From positions 57,835 through 107,232 of the forward strand of contig PS015060.1 of assembly GCA_048213135.1 (NCBI GenBank): a DNA stretch of 49,398 nt, read 5' to 3'. A program made the position numbers and the translations under genes. Under the pieces are notes generated by a model. It made no database searches. It saw only the letters and a program-made list of their open reading frames with translations, and was not told where the DNA came from. This DNA is from Reclinomonas americana ATCC 50394. Its lineage: Eukaryota. Below are positions 1 through 12,448 of this stretch, piece after piece (the stretch's first letter is position 1; each line of letters starts with the position of its first letter).

Positions 1-81
1 CCCTCTTCCCTCTCCCTCTCTCTCTCCCTCTCCCTCTCCTTTCCACGCTTACCTCTTTCCGCCTCTCTCCTCATACGCCAG

Positions 82-3000
82 GTGTTGGAGACCATTAGCT
101 CGTGCGGCTTCGAGGCCGACGTGGTGGAGGAACGCGGCGATGTCCCGGCGCTGGAATTCGGCGTCACCGGCATGAAATGCGAGAGCTGCGTGGGGAAGAT
201 TGAGCGTGGTGTCGGCGCGCTTCCCGGCGTGTTGTCGGTGCGTGTGGACCTGGCCGGCGGCACTGTCACCGTGTGGGGTTCGGTGGCCGCGGAAGTCGTG
301 TATCAGGCTGTGCGGGAACTGGGCTTTTTGATTCGCGGCGTCGATGAGGAGAAGAGTTGCGCACGCCGTCTATTGTCTTTTTTCACTCGCGCCTTTTGCC
401 TCACGTCTTCCCTGCCGCAGCCACCGAGAGATTTGAGTTGATTGTGCGCGGACTGACGGACGAGAAAAAAGCGGCGAGTGTGGAATGCTCGATTGCATTC
501 ACCGACGGTGTCGATGAGGTGACCGTGGACCGCAACTCGGGGCGAGTGACTGTGCTCGGTCGAGTTGCATTCTCGTCGGTGAGCGCGCTTGTCTCCATGT
601 CTCATTCCTTGTCAACCGTGGCTGACGTAGGAGCGGCAGATTGAGGAGCATTTGAAGGCAGCCGGCGTGGAGATTGTGTCGGGCGCACCGTCTTCATTAT
701 CTTCATCTCCATCATCTGCTGCTGCTGCTGCCCCCGCTGCCTATGGCGCCGTGATGGTTGTATCTGCGATTGAGGGCATGAAGTGCAACGGTTGCGTCGG
801 CAAGGCCACGCGCGCCATCTCGGCCATTCCCGGTGTACAGAGTGTGGTGGTGGACCTGGCGAGCAAGACGGCGACGATCAACACGTCGTCACCGGTCAGC
901 AAGACTGCCGTGGTTGAGGCACTGACCGCCGTCAACCTGCGTGTGGTCGAGCCGAGCGGCAGCGACGGCCAGCCGGCGTCGGCCTTGTCGCCCACGGCAG
1001 CCGCCTCTTCTCCATCGTCAGTGATGGTCGTATCTTCCATCGAGGGCATGAAGTGCAACGGTTGCGTCGGCAAGGCTACGCGCGCCATCTCGGCCATTCC
1101 CGGTGTACAGAGTGTGACGGTAGACCTGGCGAGCAAGACGGCGACCATCAACACGTCGGCACCGGTCAGCAAAACTGCCGTGGTTGAGGCACTGACCGCC
1201 GTCAACCTGCGTGTGGTCGAGCCGAGCGGCAGCGACGGCCAGCCGGCGTCGGCCTTGTCGCCCACGGCAGCCGCCTCTTCTCCATCGTCAGTGATGGTCG
1301 TATCTTCCATTGAAGGCATGAAGTGCAACGGCTGCGTCGGCAAGGCCACGCGCGCCATCTCGGCCATTCCCGGCGTGCAGAGTGTGGTGGTGGACCTGGC
1401 GAGCAAGACGGCGACGATCAACACGTCGGCACCGGTCAGCAAGACTGCCGTGGTTGAGGCACTGACCGCCGTCAACCTGCGTGTGGTCGAGCCGAGCGGC
1501 AGCGACTTGTCGCCGCCCGCGCCATCGCGGCCGCCGGTCCCCGTGGCCACCGACGCTGGCCCGACGTTGCCGCTGGTGATCACCGGCATTGAGGGCATGA
1601 AGTGCCAGAGCTGTGTGGGCAAGATTACTCGCGCCCTCGCGGCTGTGCCAGGTGTCGTTGGTGCGGCAGTGGATTTGCAAGCCAAGACAGCCACCGTGAA
1701 TGGAGCCGCCTCTCTGTCGCTGTTGCATGATGCCATTCGTGCCGCTGGCTTTAAGATTCGCGCTCTCGACGTCATTCCCGGTTGCGTCCCTCCTCCCTTT
1801 GCAGTCCTAATTGCATCTATGAATGTGTCTGTGTTCTCACCCCTCTTTCCCCTTCTCGCAGACATGACCAAGTTCACCCTGTTTGTGCCGTCGCTGACGT
1901 CGCGGCAGGTGGCCACGGAGCTCGAGTGGGCGCTGACATCGTTGGATGGAGTCGACGAGGCTGTTGTCGACATTGACACGTCGCTGGTGACGGTGACGGG
2001 TCGTGTGCTGCTTCCGTGGGTCCACGAGTGCATCCAGCAGCACGGACTGACGGTGGAGACGCGCACACTGACGGTGCCCATTGAGGGCATGCGCTGCGTC
2101 AACGGCTGCGCCAACAAGATTCAGCAGGCACTGGCCAAGTTGGTTGGCGTCGTCGAGGCTGCCGTCGACTTTGAGCACAAGGTGGCATTGGTGCGCGGCG
2201 ACGGTGTCGACTTGGAGACTGTGCGCGACACGATTCGGCGACTCGGATTCAAGGTGGCCGACGTCGATGTGCCTGAAGGTGCGACATTGTGCAATCTTTC
2301 GCCCCTTTGTTTACCTCTTCTCATCAGCCATGGGTGTGTGCTCAGAAATGTCCCGACACGTGGTCGCCGTGGACGGCCTGCGGTGCGAGAAGCGCGACGC
2401 TCTCAAGTTGGAGCGCGAGCTGTCGTACATCCCGGGAGTCACCGACGCCCACGTGAACTTCACCAACAAGACGGCCACGGTGTGCGGCCATGTGACTCGC
2501 GACGATGTTGTGGCGTGTGTCGTGCGCGCGGGATACGTGGCAGCCGATGCCGCGTCGGCGCAGCGTGACATGCGCTTCTCGCTGCGTGGTCTGCTCACCA
2601 GCGACGTGTCGAAGAATCTGCTGTGGGCCATTCAGTGCCTCGACGGCATCACCCTCGTTACGATTGACGACGCCGCGTGTACCGTGCGTGTCGTCGGCAC
2701 GGCGGAAGCGGAAGCCGTGCAGAGGTGCATTCGTGAGCACGGTCTCGACGTGCAAGATGTGCAAGGTGCGTTTTCTGCGATCTCTTTGTCTCTCTCTCTC
2801 TCTCGCGCGCTCCTACCTCCGAAACCTCACCACCACTTGCGCAGTGACGACTGCGAAGCCGGCCAATGTGACTCCCGGCTCACCGGGCGCATCGCTGTCT
2901 CCATCGTCGTCCTCATCGTCACCGCCGCGAAGCAATGCTCGGCAGTACGTAATCCCAATTGTCGGCATGCGGTGCGAGCAGTCGTGTGCACGGCTGCTGG

Positions 3001-6000
3001 CACGTGCGCTGTCGGCGTTGAAGGGCGTCAGCCATGCGTCTGTCGACTTTACCACGAAGCAAGCCACGGTGATTGCCACGTGTACGGAGGACGACTTGCA
3101 TCGCGTGATTGCACAGCAAGGATTCGGAGTCGGCGAAGACACTTCAGTGGCCAGCACGGCGCCGACCACCAAGCGTTTCGTCCCCACCCTTCACCATTCG
3201 CACCCACCACAGATTGTGCTCATCCTTTGTCGTGACGGCTGCAGGTCGTGACCGAGAGCTGACACTGGAGCTTGAAGGACTGCGGCCGACCTCTGTGCCG
3301 CTGGTGGAGAAGCGGTTGCGAGACATTCCCGGAGTGTTGAGCGTGCGCGTCGTTGCGTACTGCTTGTTGGCCCTTGTCTACTCGGTGCCTGCAGGTTGCC
3401 TGACTTGACTTGCACAGGATCCGTTGCGGCGATATGTGGTTGTGCGGAGTGCGGCCGACGGAGAGTTGCTGGATGTACGACTGCTCTCCGATGTGATTGT
3501 GGCGTCCCAGCGTGGAGTGCGCGTGCGCGTGGCCATGCAGTCGCTGGCCACCCCCATTTCGACTCTTGGGCTGGCGGCGTCTCCGATTTCGCCAAGTGCG
3601 TACATCTCTCTCTATCTCTCTTTCTTTCTTACTCATTTTCTTCCTTATGTGTTTCTCTCTTTCTTTGTCTGTCTCCCTCTTTCTCTCTGTGTGTATCTCT
3701 CTTTCTTTCGCTGATTCTCATCCCTTTTCCTCATCGTTGCAGCTGGCGAATCCACCGGCAGCAATGTCAGCCTGGCCTCCACCACGCTGGCGTATTCGTC
3801 GACCGACGAAGACGACACTGGCAACGTGTCGCTGCTAAGTGGCAAGCATGTGTCGAAACGGCAATTCCGACGCGACGGGCAGCGCCGGAAGCGCGGAGAG
3901 CTGCAAAAGTACTTGGAGACGCACGAGGGTCCTGCGGTGGCCGTGGAAAACGTTCCAGAGTCAGGCACAGGTCGCTGGGTGTTTGAGGTGATGGGCATGA
4001 CGTGTGCGTCGTGCGTCGGCAACATCACCAGTGCCGTGCGCGAGATTCCCGGTGTCTCCTCGGTGGACGTCAATCTCATCACGCAAAAGGCGACCATTCA
4101 AGGCGAGACCATGATGCTGTCCACGAAGCGGCTGGACGAAGCCATTCGTGAGCTCGGCTATCATCCGCGGGTGATTATGGAGCCGTCAGACAGGGTATGC
4201 GCCTTGCTTTTTTTTGTGACTCCCTTTGTATTTCCACTCTTCCTTCTCATTCTGTGATATAGAAACCCTCGGACGACTCGTATCTGTTCCAGGTCGAGGG
4301 CATGACGTGCTCGTCGTGTGTGAGTGCCGTCGAGCACGCATTGTACTCGGTTGCCGGCGTGTCACGTGCCTCGGTCAACTTTGCCACCAGTCGAGCCAAG
4401 GTGGACCTGCGTTCGCCGGGGGCCACCGATGTCAAGTCGTTGATTGCAGTTGCGTTTGTGTTTTTGAGTATGTTTTGCTTTTTTCTCTGTCGTCGTGCTC
4501 ACCGCACGCATCGCAGGCGATTCAAGGCGCTGGGTTTTCCGCCAAGCAAATCGTGCGCACCAAGGCCATGGCGAGTGGCACGGAAGCGCGGTCCACATTA
4601 CTCCGTGAAGACGAGACACGCAAGTGGTGGCGACTGTTCAAGCTATCGTTGATATTCACTGTGCCGCTGCTGATTGTGTCGATGGTGTTGATGGAGTGGC
4701 ATCTCATGATGACAATGGTGCGCATGACATGCTTTTGCCCTGTCTCGTAGCATTTCTGCTCGTCTCTCAACTCCTATGTGTGTGTGTGTGCGCGCGCAGA
4801 TCATTGGAGGACTGACAGTGTCGCACTTGCTGCAACTGCTATTGTCATCGCCGGTGCATTTCTACTGCGGCCTGAGTTTCCACATTGGCGCCTACAAAGC
4901 ACTGCGACGCGGCAAAGCCAACATGGATGTGTTGGTGTCGCTGGGCACGAATGCAGCGTACCTCTACTCGCTCTTTGCTGTCGGCTACATGATGCTCTAT
5001 CCGGGTCAACAAGGTAATTGCTTTGTTTGTCGTCTGCGTCTTGCCTTGTCTAATTTTCCTGCTCACTCATACACATGAACACAGAGGGCGTGTTCTTTGA
5101 GACGTCGGCCGTGCTAATCATGTTCCTCACCCTCGGCAAGTTCCTGGAGAGCTTCGCCAAGGGCCGCACGTCGTCAGCGCTGCTGAAGCTGATGGAGCTG
5201 AATGCCGACACGGCTGTGGTTGTCGAGCTCGACGAGCACGGGCAGGTGACGTCGGAGAGGCAGGTGGATGCTGACGATGTCCTGCCGGGCGACATGGTCA
5301 AGGTGGTGCCGGGCGACAAGGTGCCGGTGGATGGCGTCGTGATTAGCGGCCTGTCGTCGGTCAACGAGTCCATGATCACGGGCGAGAGTGCACCGGTGGC
5401 CAAGGGTCCCGGCGACAAGGTGGTCGGTGGCACCGTGAACGGCGAGGGCGTCATGTTTGTGCGCTGCAGCAAGGTCGGCGCCGACTCGACACTCGGCCAG
5501 ATCGTGCGTCTCATCGAGGACGCCCAGACGTCGCAGGCGCCTGTGCAGCGTCTGGCCGACACCATTTCGTCGTGGTTTGTGCCGGTGAGTGACTTGAGTG
5601 CGCGAATGAGATTGCTCCGATGGTGATGAAAGCTGACAAGGTGGATGTATGGCAATACAGGTGGTGGCTGCTGTGGCGGTGGTGACATTTTTGGTGTGGT
5701 TTGTGCTCGGTGTGATGGATGCGTACCCGGCGCGATGGCGCGAGGAAGGTTTGTGCATGTGTGTATGAATTCTGGTGACGGTGGCGTGTGCGCAGCAATA
5801 CTCACTCGTCGTTTGCATGCAGGCATGAACTCGTTCCTGTTTGCTCTGCTGTGCGCCATTTCGGTGCTGGTCGTGGCCTGCCCGTGTGCACTTGGTCTCG
5901 CCACGCCGACGGCGGTGATGGTGGGCACTGGAGTCGGCGCCGAAATGGGCATTCTCATCAAGGGCGGCGAGGCGCTGGAGACCTTCCACCAGACCACCGC

Positions 6001-7869
6001 CATCATCTTTGACAAGACCGGAACATTAACACTCGGCAAGTTCCAAGTGCGCGAGGTCAAGACCTTTGTGCCCGACCGCGTCAACATGCGAGAAGTGCTG
6101 TCGCTGGCCTCGTCGGCGGAGAGCACCAGTGAGGTGAGTGTGCGAAGGGAGAAGGAGGGCGGGGGGGAGGAGGAGGGCATGTTTCTCATTTTTTATTGTT
6201 GGTGACATGCAGCATCCGATTGCCAAGGCGATTGTGGAGCACGCGCAGACTCTGTCGGTGCCCGTGTACACTCCGGGCGAATTCCGCGCGGTGCCTGGTC
6301 GCGGCATCTCCGCCATGTTGACGGAGCGGGCGCACATTGTGCAGCACTTGTGGGAGGCCGGCGTGGACAAGGTTCGGGAAAAGGGGGAAGGGGGAGGGGA
6401 AGGGGAAGGGGGTGGGGGGAGGGGAGGGGAGGGGAGGGGGAAGGGGGAGGGAAAGGGAAGGGAGGGGAGGGGAAGGGGGTGCAGGGCAGGGTCACTCCTC
6501 TCGTCTTTCTCTCTCTCTCCCTCTCTCTCCCTCTCTCTCTCTCTCTCTGTCTCTCTTTACTCTCGGTGGTGTTGCTGGCGGTGGTGTTGCTGGCGGTGGT
6601 GTTGCTGAGCAGCCGGTAACACCACCCAAGAAGAGCACGACTACCACTACTCGCTGAGACCGATGACACACAGCCGCATGTTGTCGACAGAGTGAAATGA
6701 GCGCAGCACAGAGAGAGAACGAGATGAGAACGACGCCGGACTTCGCGCTATGGTCCTGCACGTGTGTGTTTGTTGGCGGCTGTCGTCTGAGGCACCGCTC
6801 TCTGCCTCTTTCTCCCTCTTGCTCACTCCGTCTTTCCCTCCTCTCTCCCTCTCTCCCTCTCTACCTCTTTCATTCTATACTTCTTTCTCCCTTTCCCTCT
6901 TTCCCTCTCTACCTCTTTCCTTGTTTCCTTCTTCCTCTCTCTCCCTCTTTCCCTCTTCCCCTCCCTCCTCTCTTCCCTCTCTCTCTCCCTCCCTCTTTCA
7001 CTCCCTCCCTCCCTTCCGCCATCTCTCACTCTCCTTGCTGATTTACTCACCCCTGTATTCCCCCCTGCAGCGCACCCTGGTGGGCAGCCTTGCCTTTTTG
7101 GCCGACAACAACATTCCGATCAGCGGTCAGATGCGTGCGTTCATCGAGGAGGCGGAGCGTCGCGGCATGACTGTCGTTGCGTGCTGCTCACCATTCGTCA
7201 GTCTGTTCTCCGTCCATTCCCACTCACTCTCTGTCCCTCATTTAGGTGGCCGTCACTCTTGGCGACGCGCTGGTGGGCGCCATTTGCTTGGCCGACACGC
7301 CTCGCCCGGAGGCCCGTGGCACCATTGCCGCGCTGCGTGCCTCTGGCGTGCAGTGCTACATGGTCACTGGTGACCAGCCGTACGCCGCACAAATGGTGGC
7401 CGAGCACGTGGGCATTCCGCCGGCCAATGTGTTCGCCTCACGCCTGCCCGGCGACAAGACGGAGCGCGTGCAGGCGCTGCAGATGGAGGGCCACAAGGTC
7501 GCCGTCATTGGCGACGGCGTCAACGATGCACCGGCTCTGGTGCAGGCCGACGTGGGCGTGGCGGTCGGCTGCGGCACCGATGTGGCACTGGAGAGCGCCA
7601 AGGTGGTGCTGGTGAAGAACGATTTGCGCGACGTGCTCACCGCGCTCGATCTGGCGCGCACCACTTTCCGTCGCATCAAGCTCAACTACATTTGGGCTCT
7701 CGGCTACAACGTGCTGGCCATCCCGCTGGCCACCGGCATGTTCTTCCCGCTGATGGAGGTGCGCATGCCGCCGATTGTGGCCGGCGGTGCCATGATTATG
7801 AGCTCTCTCTCGGTGCTCGTGTCGTCGCTGCTGCTGCGGTGGTACAAGAAGCCGAGTGTCGCGCTCTGA
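82..7869 (+). CDS. ATP7: P1B-1 copper-transporting P-type ATPase (ATP7A/B, CCC2-like), multi-exon, 5' end lies upstream of the window
   Basis: Spliced product contains GMxCxxC HMA domains, [20 protein letters not shown] (about 5378), [10 protein letters not shown] (about 5878), DKTGT (6011), SEHP across intron 6134-6212, TGD, GDGVND, YN and MSSLSV; stop TGA at 7867-7869. The first exon in the window follows an acceptor ending at 81. Confidence 0.95.
751..1506 (+). repeat. 270-bp coding tandem repeat, about 2.8 near-identical copies, each encoding one HMA domain plus linker
   Basis: Units begin at 751, 1021 and 1291 (gtgatggtYgtatct...ggcatgaagtgcaacgg) and differ by only a few bases. Confidence 0.95.
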
Positions 7870-8620
7870 GAAAAGGGAAAGGGAGAGAAGGGAGAAAGGA
7901 TGTTAATGAAGAAAATCAATTTGCTTACGGTGCTTGGCGAGGGGAAAGGAGGGGAGTGGGAGGAGGAGTAGAAGGGAGAGAAAGTGGTGCGGGCGGAGAA
8001 GTTGATGAAAAACAAACAATGAGTTTGCTTGCTCCGAGCGAACACACACACGCGCACACGCAAGAAACCTGCTACTGCCTCGAGACTGCAACTTGGTCAT
8101 CAAGACAGCTGTTGCCAGCTTGTTGGTGAATGAATTGTCGAGCTGCGCGAAGTGAGCAAGAAGAAACGGAAAAGGAGAAACAAGAAAGAGAATGATTTTG
8201 ATGCAGATCTCAGTGCGCATTGTGCTACTGGCAGGAAGTCGAACGTGGGGAAGAAAACAATGCGTCCCCGTGTCCTGCTTCATCAAATCAACGAACTTGA
8301 ACGGTGAGATGTGGGAAGAGGCCACTCGACGCACGTCCACACTGTGCCTCTCTGTGCATAGTCACATGCACGAGCTCTGTCTCTTCCTGTTCCGCACATG
8401 CATGTGTTGCAAGAGTGTGTGTGAGTGTGTGTGCGCCATTTTTTCGCGCTCACACGCACACACACTCTGCACTTTGTCTGTGTGTTTGTTTGTGTGTGTG
8501 TTTGAGTCTCATGTTGCACTCTGCACATGTGATGTTTGCTTTCCATGTGCTCGATTTGGGATTGACATGTCTACTCACAACTTACCTCATTCACTCGCCC
8601 ACGCAGAGTAAAGAGAGAGC

Positions 8621-11600
8621 ATGTCAGCTGCCGCACCCGCCGCATCATCTGCTGGAGCAGCAGCAGCAGCAGCGCCTGCAAAGGCCACACCCGCAGGTTT
8701 GCAAGACGAAGAGAGAGAGAGAGAGGGAGAGGGAGAGAGACAGAGGAGAAGAAGAAGATAACGTGACGCCTGAAGCAGTCTAGGTGTCATCTTGCGCACA
8801 GCAGTGCGAAGAATGCATGCCAGAGTGAGCAGCTGAGGAGGGAGAAGAAGACAGCGAGGTGAGCGGCTGGAGCAGTATAGGATTACAAACTGCGAAAGAC
8901 TGCGATCAACGAGTGTGATCATGCAGAGGAGAGAGAGAAGGGAGCAGCTGAGGGCGATAAGTGATGAACACATGCTCAGTGATCTTGCGCAAGGAGAGAT
9001 ATGGAAGCTCAACGACGCTCTCTGCACACTATCCAAGTCTGTGGCGTCCCAGCTGTTACAAGGACTCTTCATCTTCTCCTACCGTTCTGTCACAATCGCC
9101 GTTTGCATGTGCTCTTCACATTGACGCGTCGCTTCGTCGTCTTCCGCTTTCCTTTCTCGACTCTTCTTCTTCTCCTACCGTTCTGTCACAATCGCCGTTT
9201 GCATGTGCTCTTCACATTGACGCGTCGCTTCGTCGTCTTCCGCTTTCCTTTCTCTCTCTCTCTCATTGTTGCTTGATCACACTCGTTGAGCAAGGAAGCC
9301 ACCTGAGTCGTCCTTGACTGCTTCATGCACATCTTTGTCCTCGTCCTCTTCTTTTCCTTATCCATTCTCCCTTCTCACTGAGCTTCTTCCATCACGGCAG
9401 CCACGGAGGGAGCTTCATCGTCGGCCGCTGCACCGCCGGCTGCCGATGACGAGGTGGCTGGATTGGCGGATCGTGTGGCGGCGACCAAGCTGGATGCTGA
9501 GGAGCAGACAGAGGTGCCGCGTGCACTCTTCAATCGGGAGCAGTACATTCAGCGAGTGGATTTGCTGCAGCACAACCCCGAGAGCCCACTGTTCTCGGCG
9601 AAAGCTTTTGATGATCCCGCGCTGCGCATGTTTCGTGGTCGCCACTGTCGCTGTTGGTCGTGGTTGTGGTCGTGGTGGTCATCTCTCACGCGTTGTTCTC
9701 GAGCAGCAAGCCGGAGATTCTGCGTGGTATCTTTGAGGTGAAGCAGTACAGACTGCCGTCGAAGATTCAGGAGGCCACACTGCCGCTGGTGCTCTGCGAT
9801 GCACCGTGCGTAGACTTGCCTCATCATCATGATGGTGTCATCTCGCGCTGAAATCCATCTTTTCCATTTCCATGTGGTATACAGTCGAGTGGGTCTCATT
9901 GGACAGGCGCCAACGGGAACGGGCAAGAGCTTGTGTTTCATCACGGCTATGCTGCAGCGATGTGATCCGACCAAGGAGGTGCCGCAGGCGCTGTGCTTGT
10001 GCCCCACACGCGAACTGGCACGCATGCACGCAGTGGAGGTGCAGGAGGTCGGCAGATTCACCGGCCTCAAGGTGCGACAGGCGACACCGGGTGGCGACAG
10101 TTGAGTGCTGGGGATGGGAAATGACGGCAACGATGATGATGATGATGAGACGTGCTGACTGTGTGGGTGACGACGGTCTGCAGCGAGCCAGGTGACGCAG
10201 CAGATTGTGGTCGGCACGCCCGGCACGATTCTCAATCTCGTGCAAGAGCGCAAGTTGAATCTGCGCAATCTGCAAGTGTGGGTGATTGACGAGGCCGATC
10301 ACATGATGGAGCAATTCCGCGAGGATACCGATAATCTCAAGAAGTGAGTGGGAGGAGAAGGGGAGAGATGAGGGAGAAGGAGAGGGGTGTATGTGCTGTC
10401 CTCTCGCAATGTCTTCACAAATCTTTTTCTCTCCATTCTGATCTGACACTTGCTCCCTTTCCTCGCAACCCCCTGCAGGAAGATTCCACCGGGCACCCAA
10501 GTGCTTCTCTTCTCGGCCACATTTGCGGAGAACCCGGATCTGCAAAAGTTTGCCGTGTCCCTGGTCGGCAAGGACGCCAACATTGTGAAGGTGCAGGAGT
10601 CGGAGTCTGCCACGTCGAGCACAGTGGTGCACTTTGAGCTGGATTGCGGCAGCCCGGCCAATCGGCTTCAGGCGTTCAGCAAGCTGTACCCGAAGTTGCC
10701 GGCGGGCAAGACCATTGTGTTTGTCAACGTTGCGTCTTTGATTTGGAAATGGAGGGTGCATTGTGCAACAGGCAAAACTCACCACCACGGTACAACACAG
10801 ACACGAAAGGGAGCCGAGGAAGTTGGCCTTGCGATTCACGACACGTGCGGGCTCACCACGGCGGTGTTGACAGGAGGTGTGTGTGTGTGGTGAAGGGAGG
10901 GAGGGAGGGAGAGAGCGTGGAGAAGGAAGGAAGGGAAAGGGAATACTGTGAAGATGGAAGAACAATCAGGAAGAAAGCACAATGAGTGAGTGAGAGAGCG
11001 TCTGAGAGAGAGAGGAAGGAGGAGGACAATTGGATAAGCGAGAGAGAGATATTGTGACACTGTTCGCCTTCGTGATCCGCGAATCTCACTCGCATTTTCT
11101 CTGGCGACACACAGCTCGTGACCCCAGCCAACGTGACGTGGTGGTGGATCAGTTCCGCTCCGGCACGCACTCAGTACTCGTAGCCACCGATGTTTTGGCT
11201 CGTGGTTTTGATGAGCTGGAGGTGAGAATGGAAGTACAAGGGGCATGCCAGTGTGTGCTTGTTACGTATTCACTGGATGTGTCACCAGACGACGGCGGTA
11301 ATTAACTGGGACGTACCATCGGCACAACACAACGGCAAGGACATGGCGCAAGTGGTGTACCAGCATCGCGCTGGTCGCTGCGGACGCTTTGGCAATCGGG
11401 GAGCTTGTGTCACGTTCATTGTCGATCGGTTGTCGCGTGAGACATGGACTCGTTGCGTTGGGGGGAGAAGGGAGAGATTGGGAGAGAAGAAGGGAGCGTG
11501 CTATCTCGTATCGTTTCTGCGCGCGTGTCTCTCTGCCAACCTGTTTCTCCTTCGTCCTCTTGTTTCTCCTCCCAAAGCGTGTTCTTCTTTTCACCTCGAT

Positions 11601-12120
11601 GTCTGGCTCGCTCTCTTTCCCTCTCCGTGTTTGTGTGCGTGTGTGTGTGTGTGTGTGTGTCATTACTGGACTCATCTACTCTCTTGTGTCGCACTGGACG
11701 CATGTAACTCTCAAATCCTTTGAAGGCTGTTTTTCTTGCCATTGTGTCGATTTCTGTCGATTCGTTTCCGAGTCCTCTGTGCTCTCTTTCACTATTCGCA
11801 TGTTGCACATGGAGTGTTTCACCCTCGGTCATCGGGAGTCGTGTTCACCCAGCATGTTCTTCAACCTCTCAGTGCGTGCGTGCTGTTGTCTATCCTCTCA
11901 TTCTCTGTTCTCTGTCGCACACGGCGTGTGTCACTCTCTCCGTGTGTTCTCCAACCTCGCCAGTCACTTTGCATGTCTATTCTTCACAATCTTCCCCTCA
12001 CCTTCTCCCTCCCCTTCTCCATCCACAGGCATCAAGCGCTTCCAGGAGGCGGTCTACACGCTGGACCCGCAAGACTGGGACAAGAATGAGGAGCTGGTGA
12101 ATTCCAAGCTGCAGGAATAG
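8621..12120 (+). CDS. DBP5: DEAD-box mRNA export helicase DBP5/DDX19, about 10 exons
   Basis: NPESPLFSAKAF..LRIKPEILRGIF (DDX19-like N-terminus), PSKIQE, GQAPTGTGKS, PTRELA, GTPG, DEAD, SAT, TDVLARGFD, HRAGRCGRFG; ATG 8621, TAG 12118-12120. Confidence 0.9.
9065..9252 (+). repeat. About 95-bp direct duplication in DBP5 intron 1
   Basis: ctcttc..ctcctaccgttctgtcacaatcgccgtttgcatgtgctcttcacattgacgcgtcgcttcgtcgtcttccgctttccttt occurs twice in tandem. Confidence 0.9.
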
Positions 12121-12267
12121 AGAGTGAGGAGGCAGAGTGTGTCCCCCGGAAATGTAGTTGGGCACTGCTGATAAAGAAGAAATGAGTGTTGCTGCGCGTA
12201 CAAGATATCCTGCTGCTACTGCACTACATTTTTTTCGTTGCGCTGCGTCGCCGCGTGCTACACAAAA

Positions 12268-12402
12268 TTATAACGAGGTGCTCAGCTGCTGCTGAATCTG
12301 CGTCACATCATACAAATCGTCTCGCAGCAGCTCCACCATGACTCGCAGGCCTTCGTGTTCGTCGTCCAGATACTGTCAGCGGCACGACACGTCAATAAGC
12401 AA

Positions 12403-12448
<46 letters not shown>

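Noticed and set aside
6693-6695. Possible stop-codon reassignment or UGA readthrough
   Set aside because: TGA, TAA and TAG all end genes at expected positions, and all conserved regions splice without in-frame stops. This single case has other explanations.
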